Made by a program: the position numbers and the translations under genes
Shown here: positions 1 through 10,208 of the stretch, one piece after another
How the letters are laid out: the number at the start of each line of letters is the position of its first letter
Numbering within the stretch: position 1 is the first letter of the stretch
Notes under the pieces: generated by a model
What the model was told of the DNA's origin: nothing
The model's input: the letters and a program-made list of their open reading frames with translations, nothing else
Database searches by the model: none
From: Hyphomicrobium sp.
GTDB taxonomy: Bacteria; Pseudomonadota; Alphaproteobacteria; Rhizobiales; Hyphomicrobiaceae
Direction of reading: 5' to 3'
Length of the DNA: 64,000 nt
Assembly: GCA_022843145.1 (NCBI GenBank)
Contig: JALHOF010000020.1
Span: forward strand, 1,514 to 65,513

Positions 1-950
1 TTAGCCAACTCCAATGCCGGGTAATTCTTCACGCCGGAGCCAGTGGTCGAAATGAAGCCGAGGATGACAACGCCCGACGATCTGACCGACACGGCCCGGG
101 TGACCGACCCGGCCCTTGGGTCGAGGCGGATTCTGATCGCCGGCATCCGGCGGGACCGGATTGAGACCTTTGTCGGCGTTGATTCTGATCAACCCTGCGT
201 GCAGATGACGGCTTAAATTGTCTGGAGTTCAATTCATCGTCCACGGTCATCTACAGCGAAAGTCTGAGCTTAGAGATGCCGGGCAGCTTTGGTGTGCGGC
301 GAACTCCATTCGGGGGCGAATTATAACGGATGGGCAAGGACCATACCGACGTGTTGATCCGCCTGCCATTCGCGAAGTCCGAGGCATCGACTGCACTCAA
401 GGCGACAGAGGGAGCGGCGATAGCCGTACAACCGACACCGTCGTCCCAAACCGCGATCGAGGAGGTGGTGCGGTCGTTCACGAGCAACACACAGGGGCGG
501 GCGATTTTGGTTTCCGACCGTCAGTCATCTTCAAAACGCTATGACAGCCAGCCCCGCGACGGGATTGCGCACGTAACCAAACGAACCAATAGTGAATTTC
601 AATCAGTCAGCTGATCGCCTGTTAGAGGATGGCAAAATGGAATAATATTCTTTATGCTGATCGAAGCATCTCGTGATCGCGCGACCTCTATCCAGGCGGG
701 ATAAGTTTGCCAATTTTGATAAATATTCAACTATAGGTTGTTTTTACAACTGAAAAAAGATGATTTAATGAGTGGCCACACTGAGGAACCGCGGAATGTC
801 CAATGCGCCTGAAGACGCAGAAAAAGAGAATGTGAAAAAAAGTAAGCCGGAGGATATAACAGAAAAATCTAGTCAGCCAATCGCGCGGCTTTTCAAGGAC
901 TACGTGCAGCTCGTTAAAGTGGCTTTTGAAGCTGTTAGGCGGGAGCAACG

Positions 951-1286
951 TTAGCATCGACCTGATGGCTGCGCTTTGAGAGTGAGCGACGTGTCGACCA
1001 ACGCGTGCAGCAGAGCCACAGCATCTCGCGTTCTCTCCCCCGCCCCTTCCGCCGGCGTAATAATGGCCGCTGCAAGATATGAGACGAGAAGTTCAATGAT
1101 TGCCGCCCGCGCGAGCGCGCCATTATGCGTTTGTTCAGCAGCGGCAAACGATTTGATGATCGCGGCCTCGATGTTCGCGACCACTTCGGAACCGAGAACA
1201 GATTCAATGCCATCGAACGTCATCGACATGTTGGGCCTACGCAACAAATCGCCCGAAGCTTGCTTGGTGATTTCAAACATATTCAT
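951..1286 (-). CDS. hypothetical protein (111 aa, looks all-helical), no family recognised
   Basis: Longest ORF in a locally AT-richer patch. No motif I can name. Antisense ORFs 976..1299 and 1125..1424 overlap it, so even the strand is uncertain. Confidence 0.25.
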   Translation of the reverse strand: MNMFEITKQASGDLLRRPNMSMTFDGIESVLGSEVVANIEAAIIKSFAAAEQTHNGALARAAIIELLVSYLAAAIITPAEGAGERTRDAVALLHALVDTSLTLKAQPSGRC

Positions 1287-1378
1287 GGCCTTCTGTTGAC
1301 CAGAACGTCAACCGCTGAAAGATTGATATTCGTCAATTTGCGCAGTAAACGCTGCAGATCTCAGCAGGCTCCGATGAC

Positions 1379-1408
1379 TACGCCATATGCAGATACGCCA
1401 TATGCAGA
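1379..1408. repeat. perfect 15-bp tandem direct repeat TACGCCATATGCAGA x2, each unit containing the CATATG palindrome
   Basis: Read directly from the sequence. Lies 93-122 nt upstream of the start of the 951..1286 minus-strand ORF. Confidence 0.9.
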
Positions 1409-1888
1409 ACGTCGTGCTGGATGAAGTCATGATGTAGGGGTATTTTCGAAGTCGACGCTGCTTTCGGTTAGGATGACAATCCCGCCGCGGTGGACGACAC
1501 TTCCGGTACAATCGGCTTCGATGTAGCGAGCGCGATTCATCTGAGATGAGCGCGCACGACGTTCATGTGTAGCTGAGCTGCTGCCGGTTCCGTGGAAGGT
1601 GAGTTAAGCCAATCCCTGTCGCTCCTAGAAGTTAGTGATCATCTCTGTCAATAATTTCTCCTAATAGATGCGATGGCGCTGCCAGAGGGAATTGAATACT
1701 CGACCTCTCCATTTCCAATGATAACGCCAGTGCATTGAGAGCCGCTCCATATTCGCCCTGATCCGCATCTGCGCCCATTAAGTTGTAGATACTCGACTGC
1801 CCCCACGAAGAAATTCTGTATAATGACTGTATTCTTGAGATATTTTCAGTGATGATTTCGAAACGAACCCAATAATAGGTGCAAATCT

Positions 1889-2842
1889 TTGATCCCAAAT
1901 TTTGGGCATAGGGATGTGTACTTCCGGGCTGCTCCCGGAAGGGTGATCGGTGCTGTCGTATCATTGACTGCATTGGTCGTGACATTCACATCAGCTTCAG
2001 CGGATCCCGCACGCGAGAGGCCACCCGCTGCTATCGCAACCTGCACGTTCGCAGCAGGGCAATTCCGGACAGCAATCGCCGTCACCGCCCCGGACGTGAT
2101 CGCGCTCGACGACGGAACGGAGGTCAAACTTGCGGGCGTGATCGGGCCCCGCGCACTCGACACCGCATTGTCCTTAGCCGACTGGCCGCCCGAGGCTGCG
2201 GCCTCACACGCGCTTGCGGAGCTGGTGCTCGGACGAACCGTCTCGGTCCACGCCGTCACCCGTCCAGATCGCTACCGGCGCCTCGTTGCGCACGTCTTCG
2301 TCGATTTGGATGGCGGTCGAAGCTGGGTCCAGGGAACGATGTTGGCTGAGGGTCACGCGCGCGCATACTCGACATCCGACGCGTTGGTCTGTGCGGATGA
2401 ACTCCTGACCCACGAGCGCGAAGCTCGGCTTCATCGCGCCGGGATCTGGACCAACGCTGCGTATTTCGAGCGCGCGGCCTTTAAGACACGGGAGCTGATG
2501 CGGCTACGCGGCACGTTTCAGATCGTCAACGGGCGCGTGCGCAAAGTGTCGGAAATGAAGGCTACGATCTACCTCAACTTCGGCATGGACTGGCACTCGG
2601 ACTTCACCGCCGGGATCAAGATCGGCAAGGGCGCACTGGGCGACGCGGAATTCACTGCGAAGTTGCGATCGCTGGAGGGGCGGCGCGTGCGCGTGCGCGG
2701 GTGGATCGAACGCCGCAATGGCCCTTACATTGAGATCGTGCATCCGTCCGAGATTGAAGTGCTCGATGACACCGCACCGCGCAGTGTCGTGCCCCCGTCC
2801 GATGAGCTCGTCGGCACCAACGAAAAACGCCCGGAGCTTTGA
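1889..2842 (+). CDS. secreted staphylococcal-nuclease-like (SNase/thermonuclease fold) protein
   Basis: Segments LAGVIGPRAL, RLVAHVFVDLDGGRSWVQGTMLAEGHARAY and a second OB-like half (RVRVRGWIERRNGPYIEI) resemble SNase-domain proteins. Hydrophobic N-terminus ends SASA/DP. The listed start is TTG at 1889; an in-frame GTG at 1916 is an alternative. Confidence 0.6.
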   Translation: MIPNFGHRDVYFRAAPGRVIGAVVSLTALVVTFTSASADPARERPPAAIATCTFAAGQFRTAIAVTAPDVIALDDGTEVKLAGVIGPRALDTALSLADWPPEAAASHALAELVLGRTVSVHAVTRPDRYRRLVAHVFVDLDGGRSWVQGTMLAEGHARAYSTSDALVCADELLTHEREARLHRAGIWTNAAYFERAAFKTRELMRLRGTFQIVNGRVRKVSEMKATIYLNFGMDWHSDFTAGIKIGKGALGDAEFTAKLRSLEGRRVRVRGWIERRNGPYIEIVHPSEIEVLDDTAPRSVVPPSDELVGTNEKRPEL

Positions 2843-2852
2843 GCTCCGGGCG
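2823..2852 (-). terminator. intrinsic terminator for carD (10-bp GC stem CGCCCGGAGC/GCTCCGGGCG, 5-nt loop, then TTTTT on the minus strand)
   Basis: Inverted repeat 2828-2837 / 2843-2852 read directly. AAAAA at 2823-2827 gives a U-run after the hairpin on minus-strand RNA. It overlaps the stop codon of the convergent nuclease gene. Confidence 0.55.
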
Positions 2853-2884
2853 CTTCGGTGAACAATCGTGTACGTTCGGCCAAA

Positions 2885-3976
2885 TCAGGCGGCTTTGACT
2901 TCGGCTTCGTCGGCGCCACCTTCGGCCAGACGACGGCCTTTGGCACTCTTCGACAGCACCTCGGTGATGCGCTGAACGGCACCGCGCTCGTCGAGCTTGT
3001 CCACGGCGGCGATCTCCCGAGCCATGCGATCGAGCGCATCCTCGTAAAGCTGCCGCTCGGAGTAGGACTGCTCCGGTTGGGCTTCCGAACGGAACAAGTC
3101 ACGCACCACCTCGGCAATCGATACCAGATCACCCGAGTTGATCTTCGCGACGTATTCCTGCGCCCGGCGGCTCCACATCGTCCGCTTGACGCGCGCGCGG
3201 CCCTTGAGCGTCTCCATGGCCTTCTTGACCACGTCGTCATCGGCGAGCTTGCGCATGCCGACTGTGGCGAGCTTGCCGGTCGGAACGCGTAGCGTCAGCT
3301 TCTCTTTGTCGAAGGTGATGACAAAGAGCTCGAGCGACATGCCCGCGATCTCTTGCTCCTCGATGCCGACGATGCGGCCGACGCCGTGCGCCGGATAAAC
3401 GATGAACTCGTTGGTCTTGAAGCCATGGCGCTGGCTGACGGGTTTTTTCTGTGCGTTGATCATCTGGCGCTGTTGCATGGCCTTTTCAGCGATCGCCTTG
3501 GGCGTCGCGGGTGAAGTCGACGTAGCGAGAGGCGCAGTCAACTTCTGATTGGCCGGCTTGTTCACGATGGCCGGAACAGCGCGCACGGGGCTGGCCTGAC
3601 CGGTCATCGCAGCGCGCATGGCGAGCGTCGCCGGAGTGGGCGTAAACTTCGCAACAGCAGCGGCGGCCGGCTTGGCAGCTTGAACGGGCTTCGCAGCCGC
3701 AGGCACAGCCGGTTTAACGGCCGGCTTGACGTCGGCTTTCTTGGCAATCACGGGCTTGACCGCAGCCTTGGACGGGGCGGCTTTGCGAGACGCAGCATGG
3801 ACGTCGGCCTTCACGGGGGCGACGGGCTTCTTGGCTTTCGCGGCTTGGACGTCGGGCTTTTTCATTGCCTTCGGCGCAGTCCGAGATGCGGCTGCCTTCG
3901 AAGTGGCCTTTTTGCCGGCGGAAGCCACGGGCTTGGTGGTCTTCGCCTTGGCTTCCACCTTCTTCTTCTGAGCCAT
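2885..3976 (-). CDS. CarD/CdnL-family RNA-polymerase-binding regulator with a long Lys/Ala/Pro-rich N-terminal extension
   Basis: C-terminal ~175 aa (FKTNEFIVYPAHGVGRIVGIEEQEIAG...RVPTGK...WSRRAQEY...) match the CarD_CdnL_TRCF type domain. Residues 1-185 are AKP-rich (KPVAPVKA, KPAVKPAVPAAAKP). ATG at 3974-3976. Confidence 0.8.
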   Translation of the reverse strand: MAQKKKVEAKAKTTKPVASAGKKATSKAAASRTAPKAMKKPDVQAAKAKKPVAPVKADVHAASRKAAPSKAAVKPVIAKKADVKPAVKPAVPAAAKPVQAAKPAAAAVAKFTPTPATLAMRAAMTGQASPVRAVPAIVNKPANQKLTAPLATSTSPATPKAIAEKAMQQRQMINAQKKPVSQRHGFKTNEFIVYPAHGVGRIVGIEEQEIAGMSLELFVITFDKEKLTLRVPTGKLATVGMRKLADDDVVKKAMETLKGRARVKRTMWSRRAQEYVAKINSGDLVSIAEVVRDLFRSEAQPEQSYSERQLYEDALDRMAREIAAVDKLDERGAVQRITEVLSKSAKGRRLAEGGADEAEVKAA

Positions 3977-4454
3977 CTTGGTGTCTCACTTTCTCATTAC
4001 GCGTGCGACGGGCGGGGGCTGCCATCGCGATACGGCTCTGCACACCAGAAACCGCACAAAAACCCGTCCCGGTGGTATCTCTACCTCCGATCCGGAACTA
4101 CTGAGTGACCGGATCACCTCTCCTGATGAGGGGAGCGGCATGGTCCGATCATCGATTTGGCTTGACTGTTCACGCTTTGGTCCTGCCCAGGAACACGGAC
4201 ACCGTCCGACGTCCATCGGTGAGTATCATAGTGGGCAAATTTGACCGCGTTATGTTCGCCGATGTTCCGGCATTGTTTACAGCTACGCCACGACAAAACC
4301 CTTGTAACACAATTTTCATGCAAAATGAAGGGCAGCGCAGCAAAAGAGTGCGCGCCCGCTTAAGCGACCAGCAGATAATTGCAGACAATCCGCCCGTGCG
4401 GGGCCCGCAAATTCAATAAGTTAACAGTGTGTAAACGCGTGTTGCGCGTTGATG

Positions 4455-4793
4455 TCAATCGCCTTCGCCGGGTTTCGGCGAGAAGTACTTCTCGAATTTT
4501 CCGGTTTCGTCCTTGTACTTTTCAGCGTCCGGCGGCGCGTCTCTCTTCGCAGTAATATTGGGCCACTTCTCCGCGAATTCGCGGTTGAGTTGCAGCCACT
4601 TTTCCAGTCCCGGTTCGGTATCGGCCTTGATGGCGTCGACCGGACACTCAGGTTCGCAGACGCCGCAGTCGATGCATTCGTCAGGATGGATGACCAGCAT
4701 GTTCTCGCCCTCGTAGAAGCAATCAACGGGGCAGACTTCGACGCAGTCGGTGTGCTTGCACTTGATGCAATTGTCGTTGACGATGTAGGTCAT
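4455..4793 (-). CDS. fdxA: 7Fe ferredoxin (3Fe-4S plus 4Fe-4S), FdxA type
   Basis: [29 protein letters not shown]...[12 protein letters not shown] cysteine pattern. I trimmed the longer listed ORF to the internal ATG at 4791-4793, which gives the canonical MTY N-terminus. Confidence 0.9.
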   Translation of the reverse strand: MTYIVNDNCIKCKHTDCVEVCPVDCFYEGENMLVIHPDECIDCGVCEPECPVDAIKADTEPGLEKWLQLNREFAEKWPNITAKRDAPPDAEKYKDETGKFEKYFSPKPGEGD

Positions 4794-4888
4794 TCCGGTC
4801 GGTCCACACTTCTCTTCGTTGTCGTCGTGCGTTCTATTGCGTTCTATTGCTCGTCCCCGCCCTCGTCGCGCCGGCGGACCAGCCTCGT

Positions 4889-5362
4889 TCAAGACGAGTT
4901 GTCCTTGAGGCGGTCGATCTCGCGGCGGTCGCGCTTCGTCGGGCGTCCGGACCCGGGCGAGCGTTCGGCATGGGGGCCGGCGCGCGTCACGTCCGTTGGC
5001 CCATTCGGCAAGGCGCCGCTCGAACCATGAGCGTGAGCTTTGGTCCGATCGGCGGCCGGTGTCAATTCCTCGAAAATGAGGACCGCCTCAGCCGCCGGGC
5101 CGCGCCGTTCGATGAACCCGATCACTTTGAGGACGCGCACCGTCCTGTGCACGGTCGCGGTAACCACGTCGCCAGCTTTCACCGACACGCCCGGCTTGTC
5201 GACACGCTCCCGATTGACCCTGATCCGGCCATCGCTGACGAGTGATGCGGCTTGGGTGCGCGTCTTCGCCAGACGCGCAAACCACAGCCACTTGTCGAGG
5301 CGCTGCGATGCGACAGGCTCGGTCGGGGCAGATGCGCCGGATTTCACACCGGCTCGGCTCAT
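4889..5362 (-). CDS. S4-domain RNA-binding protein (Hsp15-like)
   Basis: [31 protein letters not shown] is an S4 alpha-L motif. Its start overlaps the helicase stop as ATGA (5359-5362). Confidence 0.75.
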   Translation of the reverse strand: MSRAGVKSGASAPTEPVASQRLDKWLWFARLAKTRTQAASLVSDGRIRVNRERVDKPGVSVKAGDVVTATVHRTVRVLKVIGFIERRGPAAEAVLIFEELTPAADRTKAHAHGSSGALPNGPTDVTRAGPHAERSPGSGRPTKRDRREIDRLKDNSS

Positions 5363-8300
5363 GTTGAACTCTGGTCTTTCGACTGCTTTTCCATCGCCTC
5401 CCGCAGAGCCATCAACTTGGCGAACGGACTGCCCGGATCGGCACCGGACTTGCGCGGGGGAGCCGATGAAATGACTTCGACGGGGCGGCGTTCCTCGCGC
5501 CGCTTGTCGCCGCCAGGACGTCCGCCTCGATCACGATCGCGGTCTCGGTTGTTGTTCGCGTTGCGGTCGCGTCCGCCGCCGGGACGCTCGCCCGTGCGGT
5601 GTGGTCCGCCATGCCCGCTGGATGCCCCTGGGCCGCTGGAAGCGCCCGCTCCGCTCGCCGGACCTGCCCCGCGGTGTCCGCTGCCCTGGTCGGGCCTGCG
5701 GCCGCGAAATGGCCGGTCGCCTCGGGGTGGTCCGCGATCCGGCGCCGGATTCGAACTCGGCACGGTCTCGGCCATTGTTGTGTCAGGCGCTCCGCCCGCA
5801 TCGGTCGCGACCGGCGTCCGCCCGTGTCCCCCCGGCGCACGATCACCGGAGCGCTGACCCGGCGCACCGCCTCGATTGCGTCCCCGTTGCCGATGGCGGC
5901 CGTCGCCTTCCTCTTGACGATGCCTGCGCGGCCGCCAAACGTCCTCATATTTGATTTCTTCAGTCGGGGCGGTCAGCGCGACCGCGACGGACTCTGCAGC
6001 ACCGGGATCGGCAGACGACGTCTCGACTACGGTTGCGGATGGTGAATCGGCGGCATTCGACGCATCAGCCGGCCCCATTGACGGCTCGGATTCGGTCGTG
6101 GGTTCGGCTATGGTTTCCGAGGCGGTCGCAGCGTGCTCGGCGGGCGCTTCAACGCCCGCGGCAACTGCATCATCCGTTCCTGCCACCACCGTGCCGGATA
6201 CCTCCGCAGCATCCGCGCTTGCGCCCGCGGAAGCGGCGACAGCTTTCGCCTCCGGCGTCTTCACAACACGTCGATCGAGCCGGAAGCCCAGCGCCTTCAA
6301 TACATGACCGAGTTCGTCCGGCGAGCAGCCGAGGATCGACATCATTTCCGGCGTCACCGTGAAGCCGCCGTCGCCGGTCGACCCCTTGGGCGGCATCTGC
6401 GCGTTCTCGGCCGTCGACCGGAACGCCAAAAGCGGACGGATCAGATCGGCCAGCCGTTCGAGAATGTCGAAACGCACCGCGCGCGGCCCGCAAACGTGAA
6501 ATCCGTATGCACGATAGAATGGCTCGGGCACTGCCGCATCCGTGGCGACCGACGTGAGGCCGGCGCGCGGCGGCTCGGGCAAGCGCTCGAGATCGAGCCC
6601 GGCCGCGGCGGAGTTGCGAACGGCCCAGAACGCCAACAGCAGTTCCGCAGCTGCTGGCTTGAGCAACAACGGAATGAAAATGTTGAATGCTCCGAACCTG
6701 ACACCGTACTTCCGCAGCTGTGCCCGCGACGCCTGATCCAGCGTCTTGATCTCGTCGGCGACGGCCTCGCGCTTCAAGACGCCCGAGCTCTCCGTCAGCC
6801 GGAACGCGATTCCGCGCGCCAAGCCCGCAATATCCTCGGCCTTCTGCAGATCAACGAGAGGCTTCAGCTTGTCGGCGGCGATCTCCGTCAACCACTGCTC
6901 GAGCCGCGCCTGCACCTTCTCGCGGTCGGGGCCGGAGATGTGTTCGTCCGCCAGCAGCACGAATCGCGGCTTCAGCGGCTGGTCACTCGCCTCCAGCCGT
7001 CCAATTTCCTCGTCTCGCCACAACACGCGGCCATTTCGCTGCAGCTTGAAGGCATCGGCCTTTGCCGCCGCAACCCGACGCGCGCGCATCGACAGTTCGC
7101 GCGAGAGGACTTGGGCGGCGGCGGCGCGTGCGGCCTTGGCCTGAATACCGTCGGCCTGACTGCTGCTGTCGGGTGTAAAGACGAAACCCTTCAAGCGGCC
7201 GACGAAGTGGTTCTCGACCTCGATCGCGCCGTCGTCGCGGATTTCCGCGTTGAGTTCGTCCTTGTCGCGCATGCCCTTCATCAATGCACTTGTCCTCTTG
7301 TCGACGAAACGCTGCGTCAGCCGCTCGTGAAGCGCATCCGACAGAGCGTCCTCGATATCCCGTGTCCGGCCCTTCCAGTGTTCTGGGTCGGCGAGCCAGT
7401 CGATCCTGTTCGATACGAACGTCCACGTGCGGATGTGGGCGATGCGGTTCGCGAGCGTATCGATATCGCCGTCCGTGCGATCGGCGAAAGCAACTTGCTT
7501 CGAGAACCAGTCTTCCGGGATGTGCCCGCTGGGACCCATCAGATATTTGTAGAGCGTCGAGACGAGTTCGGCGTGGTTCTGCGACGAGATCTTGCGATAG
7601 TCCGGAACCTGGCAGACGTCCCACAGCCTCGACACGGCGGCGGGCGACCTCGCATAGTCTGCGATCTCGCGGTCGTTGCTCACGGTTTCCAAGGCTGCCA
7701 CGTCATCGGCCATGCGTGCGCGCGTCAGCCGTTGCTCGCGCGGCATGTCGCGCAAGCTCTCGCGCAGTCTGTCGAGCGATGAAAATTCAAGGTTGCGGTT
7801 CCGCCATTGCAGGACGCGCACGCTGTCGAACTGGTGCGTTTCCAACCGCTCGATCATGTCGGAGTCGAGCGCTTCGGCGGTGCCCGTCACGCCGAACGTG
7901 CCATCGTTCATATGGCGTCCCGCGCGCCCCGCGATCTGGCCGAGTTCGTTCGGCGTCAGATTGCGATGGTTCTGGCCGTCGAACTTGCGGGTCGCCGAGA
8001 ATGCGACGTGGTCGACATCGAGATTGAGGCCCATGCCGATGGCGTCGGTCGCAACCAGAAAATCGACATCGCCCGACTGATAAAGCGCCACCTGCGCGTT
8101 GCGCGTCCTTGGCGACAACGCACCGAGCACGACCGCCGTGCCGCCACGCTGACGGCGTATCAATTCGGCGATCGCGTAGACCTCGTTGGCCGAGAACGCG
8201 ACCACGGCGGAACGTGTCGGCAAGCGGGTGATTTTCTTCTCGCCGGCGTAACTGAGCTTCGACAAGCGCGGTCGCGAAATGAAGTTCGCTCCCGGGATCA

Positions 8301-8748
8301 GGTCGCTGATCGCCTCGCGCATGGTCTGCGCGCCCAACAGCAGCGTCTCCGATTTTCCACGCGCATGCAGCAGGCGATCGGTAAACGTATGGCCGCGCTC
8401 GGGATCGCCGCACAGTTGGATTTCATCTATGGCAAGAAACTCGACATCGATGTCGCGCGGCATCGCTTCGACGGTACACACGAAGTAGCGCGCCCGCTCC
8501 GGCCGGATCTTTTCCTCGCCGGTGATCAGCGCCACCTTGTCCGCGCCGACACGCGCGGCAATCTTGTCGTACACCTCACGCGCAAGCAGCCGAAGCGGCA
8601 GGCCGATCATGCCGCTTTCGTGGCCGAGCATGCGTTCGATGGCGAGATGCGTCTTGCCGGTATTGGTGGGACCGAGAACCGCCGTCACATGGCGGATGCG
8701 GGTCTCGAGATCGCTGCCCATCTCGTGTCTTGTCTCCGAACTACCCAT
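5359..8748 (-). CDS. large superfamily-2 helicase (Suv3-like helicase-related protein) with an Arg/Gly-rich C-terminal tail
   Basis: Walker A GPTNTGKTH, DEIQ box, and helicase C-terminal motifs (VATDAIGMGLN, QIAGRAGR). The last ~190 aa are RG/RD-rich and low complexity. Confidence 0.8.
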   Translation of the reverse strand: MGSSETRHEMGSDLETRIRHVTAVLGPTNTGKTHLAIERMLGHESGMIGLPLRLLAREVYDKIAARVGADKVALITGEEKIRPERARYFVCTVEAMPRDIDVEFLAIDEIQLCGDPERGHTFTDRLLHARGKSETLLLGAQTMREAISDLIPGANFISRPRLSKLSYAGEKKITRLPTRSAVVAFSANEVYAIAELIRRQRGGTAVVLGALSPRTRNAQVALYQSGDVDFLVATDAIGMGLNLDVDHVAFSATRKFDGQNHRNLTPNELGQIAGRAGRHMNDGTFGVTGTAEALDSDMIERLETHQFDSVRVLQWRNRNLEFSSLDRLRESLRDMPREQRLTRARMADDVAALETVSNDREIADYARSPAAVSRLWDVCQVPDYRKISSQNHAELVSTLYKYLMGPSGHIPEDWFSKQVAFADRTDGDIDTLANRIAHIRTWTFVSNRIDWLADPEHWKGRTRDIEDALSDALHERLTQRFVDKRTSALMKGMRDKDELNAEIRDDGAIEVENHFVGRLKGFVFTPDSSSQADGIQAKAARAAAAQVLSRELSMRARRVAAAKADAFKLQRNGRVLWRDEEIGRLEASDQPLKPRFVLLADEHISGPDREKVQARLEQWLTEIAADKLKPLVDLQKAEDIAGLARGIAFRLTESSGVLKREAVADEIKTLDQASRAQLRKYGVRFGAFNIFIPLLLKPAAAELLLAFWAVRNSAAAGLDLERLPEPPRAGLTSVATDAAVPEPFYRAYGFHVCGPRAVRFDILERLADLIRPLLAFRSTAENAQMPPKGSTGDGGFTVTPEMMSILGCSPDELGHVLKALGFRLDRRVVKTPEAKAVAASAGASADAAEVSGTVVAGTDDAVAAGVEAPAEHAATASETIAEPTTESEPSMGPADASNAADSPSATVVETSSADPGAAESVAVALTAPTEEIKYEDVWRPRRHRQEEGDGRHRQRGRNRGGAPGQRSGDRAPGGHGRTPVATDAGGAPDTTMAETVPSSNPAPDRGPPRGDRPFRGRRPDQGSGHRGAGPASGAGASSGPGASSGHGGPHRTGERPGGGRDRNANNNRDRDRDRGGRPGGDKRREERRPVEVISSAPPRKSGADPGSPFAKLMALREAMEKQSKDQSST

Positions 8749-9001
8749 CGCGCCTGCCGCTCTATCGACCCGTCACTCCCGGGCCACCAGCAGACACGCA
8801 ACACTTCATACCTGCGCCGCGTCTCTCAGACGGAACCCTGAACCGATCTCAGGCACCGCAGGCTGCAACGACGGAACGATAGCCGCGCAACATCTTCGTG
8901 TCCGCCGCCCCTGGCATTGCATTGCGACCCGGCGATATCAAGCGGTAGTTGCATGGCGGCTCATTCGCGGCGACGCAAGGGGCCGAGCGCCGCGCAGCCG
9001 A

Positions 9002-9901
9002 TCAATGGGTCAGAGCGATCAGCCCACGGCTCCTTGTCGTGATCTCGATCCTTTGCGCGGTCAGCGTGGCCGTGCCCGCACCGGTGGGGATCGAGACATG
9101 ATAGGGCACCATCAGATTGGCGCTCGGCACGGGCCGCAGCGTGATCTCGATATTGCCGTTGGTCACAAGTTTCTCCGTGTCCTCGTTGTCGCGATAGCCC
9201 GCAATCGGGGTATAGCGGACACGACAGACATAGCCCACGCCGGGCTGCCCGGAGGGACGCGCTTCGACGATCCGCTGCTGGCGGCGGAAGGACAAGGCGA
9301 GATCGAAGCGCTGCTTGCCGTCGAAAATTGCCAATTTGCGATCACAAGGTTTCTGCCCGCTCGCCAGAGACAGGGCCATGACCGCGCTGAGCGGATCAAG
9401 CACATTGCGTTTGTGCTCGTCCTTGATCGGCACCATGTCGGCCGCTGGTGGCTTCAATGGCACGACCGAGACGTTCGAGACCGCGCCGTCCTTGAACCCC
9501 AGCTTCACCGCTCCGGACTTGTTCTTGCCGATGATGGCGCTAGAATTGAAGTCGAACGTGTAGGCTTGGGGCTTCGGCCCGGCCGCGGCTGCACTTCCGG
9601 CGCTGTTCGTCGTCCCATTCCACTCGAAAGTGCCGAGCGGACCCTTGAGCCTGGCCTGACCTGTAAGGGCGTATGTTCCGGCCGCTGACCGGCCACCGTC
9701 GACCTTGGACTGGAAACGGAACGTCCCGAGATCGAGGCCCGCGAAGCTGACCTTGTAGATCGCGGTCACTTCGGCCGGCCACGCCTCGGGCGCCGGGGCT
9801 GGATCTGCGCTCGCCGCCGTCGTGCCCGCGGCCATCACCGCCAACACACAAGCCGCCCGCGCCGCACACCCTGCATTCACTTTCAATACGCCAACCGTCA
9901 T
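9002..9901 (-). CDS. exported protein, possibly DUF3108 family
   Basis: Signal peptide (CVLAVMAAGTTAASA/DP) and predominantly beta-type sequence. The DUF3108 assignment is from memory of similar proteins near rpmB in related genomes and is not verified. Confidence 0.4.
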   Translation of the reverse strand: MTVGVLKVNAGCAARAACVLAVMAAGTTAASADPAPAPEAWPAEVTAIYKVSFAGLDLGTFRFQSKVDGGRSAAGTYALTGQARLKGPLGTFEWNGTTNSAGSAAAAGPKPQAYTFDFNSSAIIGKNKSGAVKLGFKDGAVSNVSVVPLKPPAADMVPIKDEHKRNVLDPLSAVMALSLASGQKPCDRKLAIFDGKQRFDLALSFRRQQRIVEARPSGQPGVGYVCRVRYTPIAGYRDNEDTEKLVTNGNIEITLRPVPSANLMVPYHVSIPTGAGTATLTAQRIEITTRSRGLIALTH

Positions 9902-10208
9902 CAGCCAATCCCCCGGACGTCACCCGTCCTCTATCCTCTGCCGGTAGTTGCCGTTTTGGTCTATTGTGTGTCGACACGCCGCACGCCCGCAGCCTCTGAA
10001 GTGTTAACGCCGCGCCGGTACGTCCCTCGTCAATCGGCAGCGTCTGTGGCGTCGGACGTTTGCCGCCTTGACGATGCCGCGCCGTGTCAAGTATAGAGCC
10101 TCGAAACGGTCCCGCTGGTATGCGCTGGCGGGCTCATCGTTTATGGATCGATGGATTTTACCGCGCGGTTGGCAAAGCTGGCCGGACCACGCGAAGGAGC
10201 TTTGACAA

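Noticed and set aside
1-614. Several small overlapping ORFs on both strands (1..192, 29..250, 251..490, 218..544, 330..614)
   Set aside because: No recognisable motif and mutually exclusive frames. They may be fragments of a frameshifted gene continuing beyond the window, but I cannot support any call.
4831-4850. 10-bp direct duplication GTTCTATTGC x2 upstream of fdxA
   Set aside because: Real in the sequence but only two short copies in a 5' leader. Most simply a slippage duplication, and I can attach no function.
6133-7782. 549-aa plus-strand ORF (and 7807..8841, 8522..9688)
   Set aside because: Antisense to the helicase gene, which has clear Walker and helicase motifs. No motifs in these translations.
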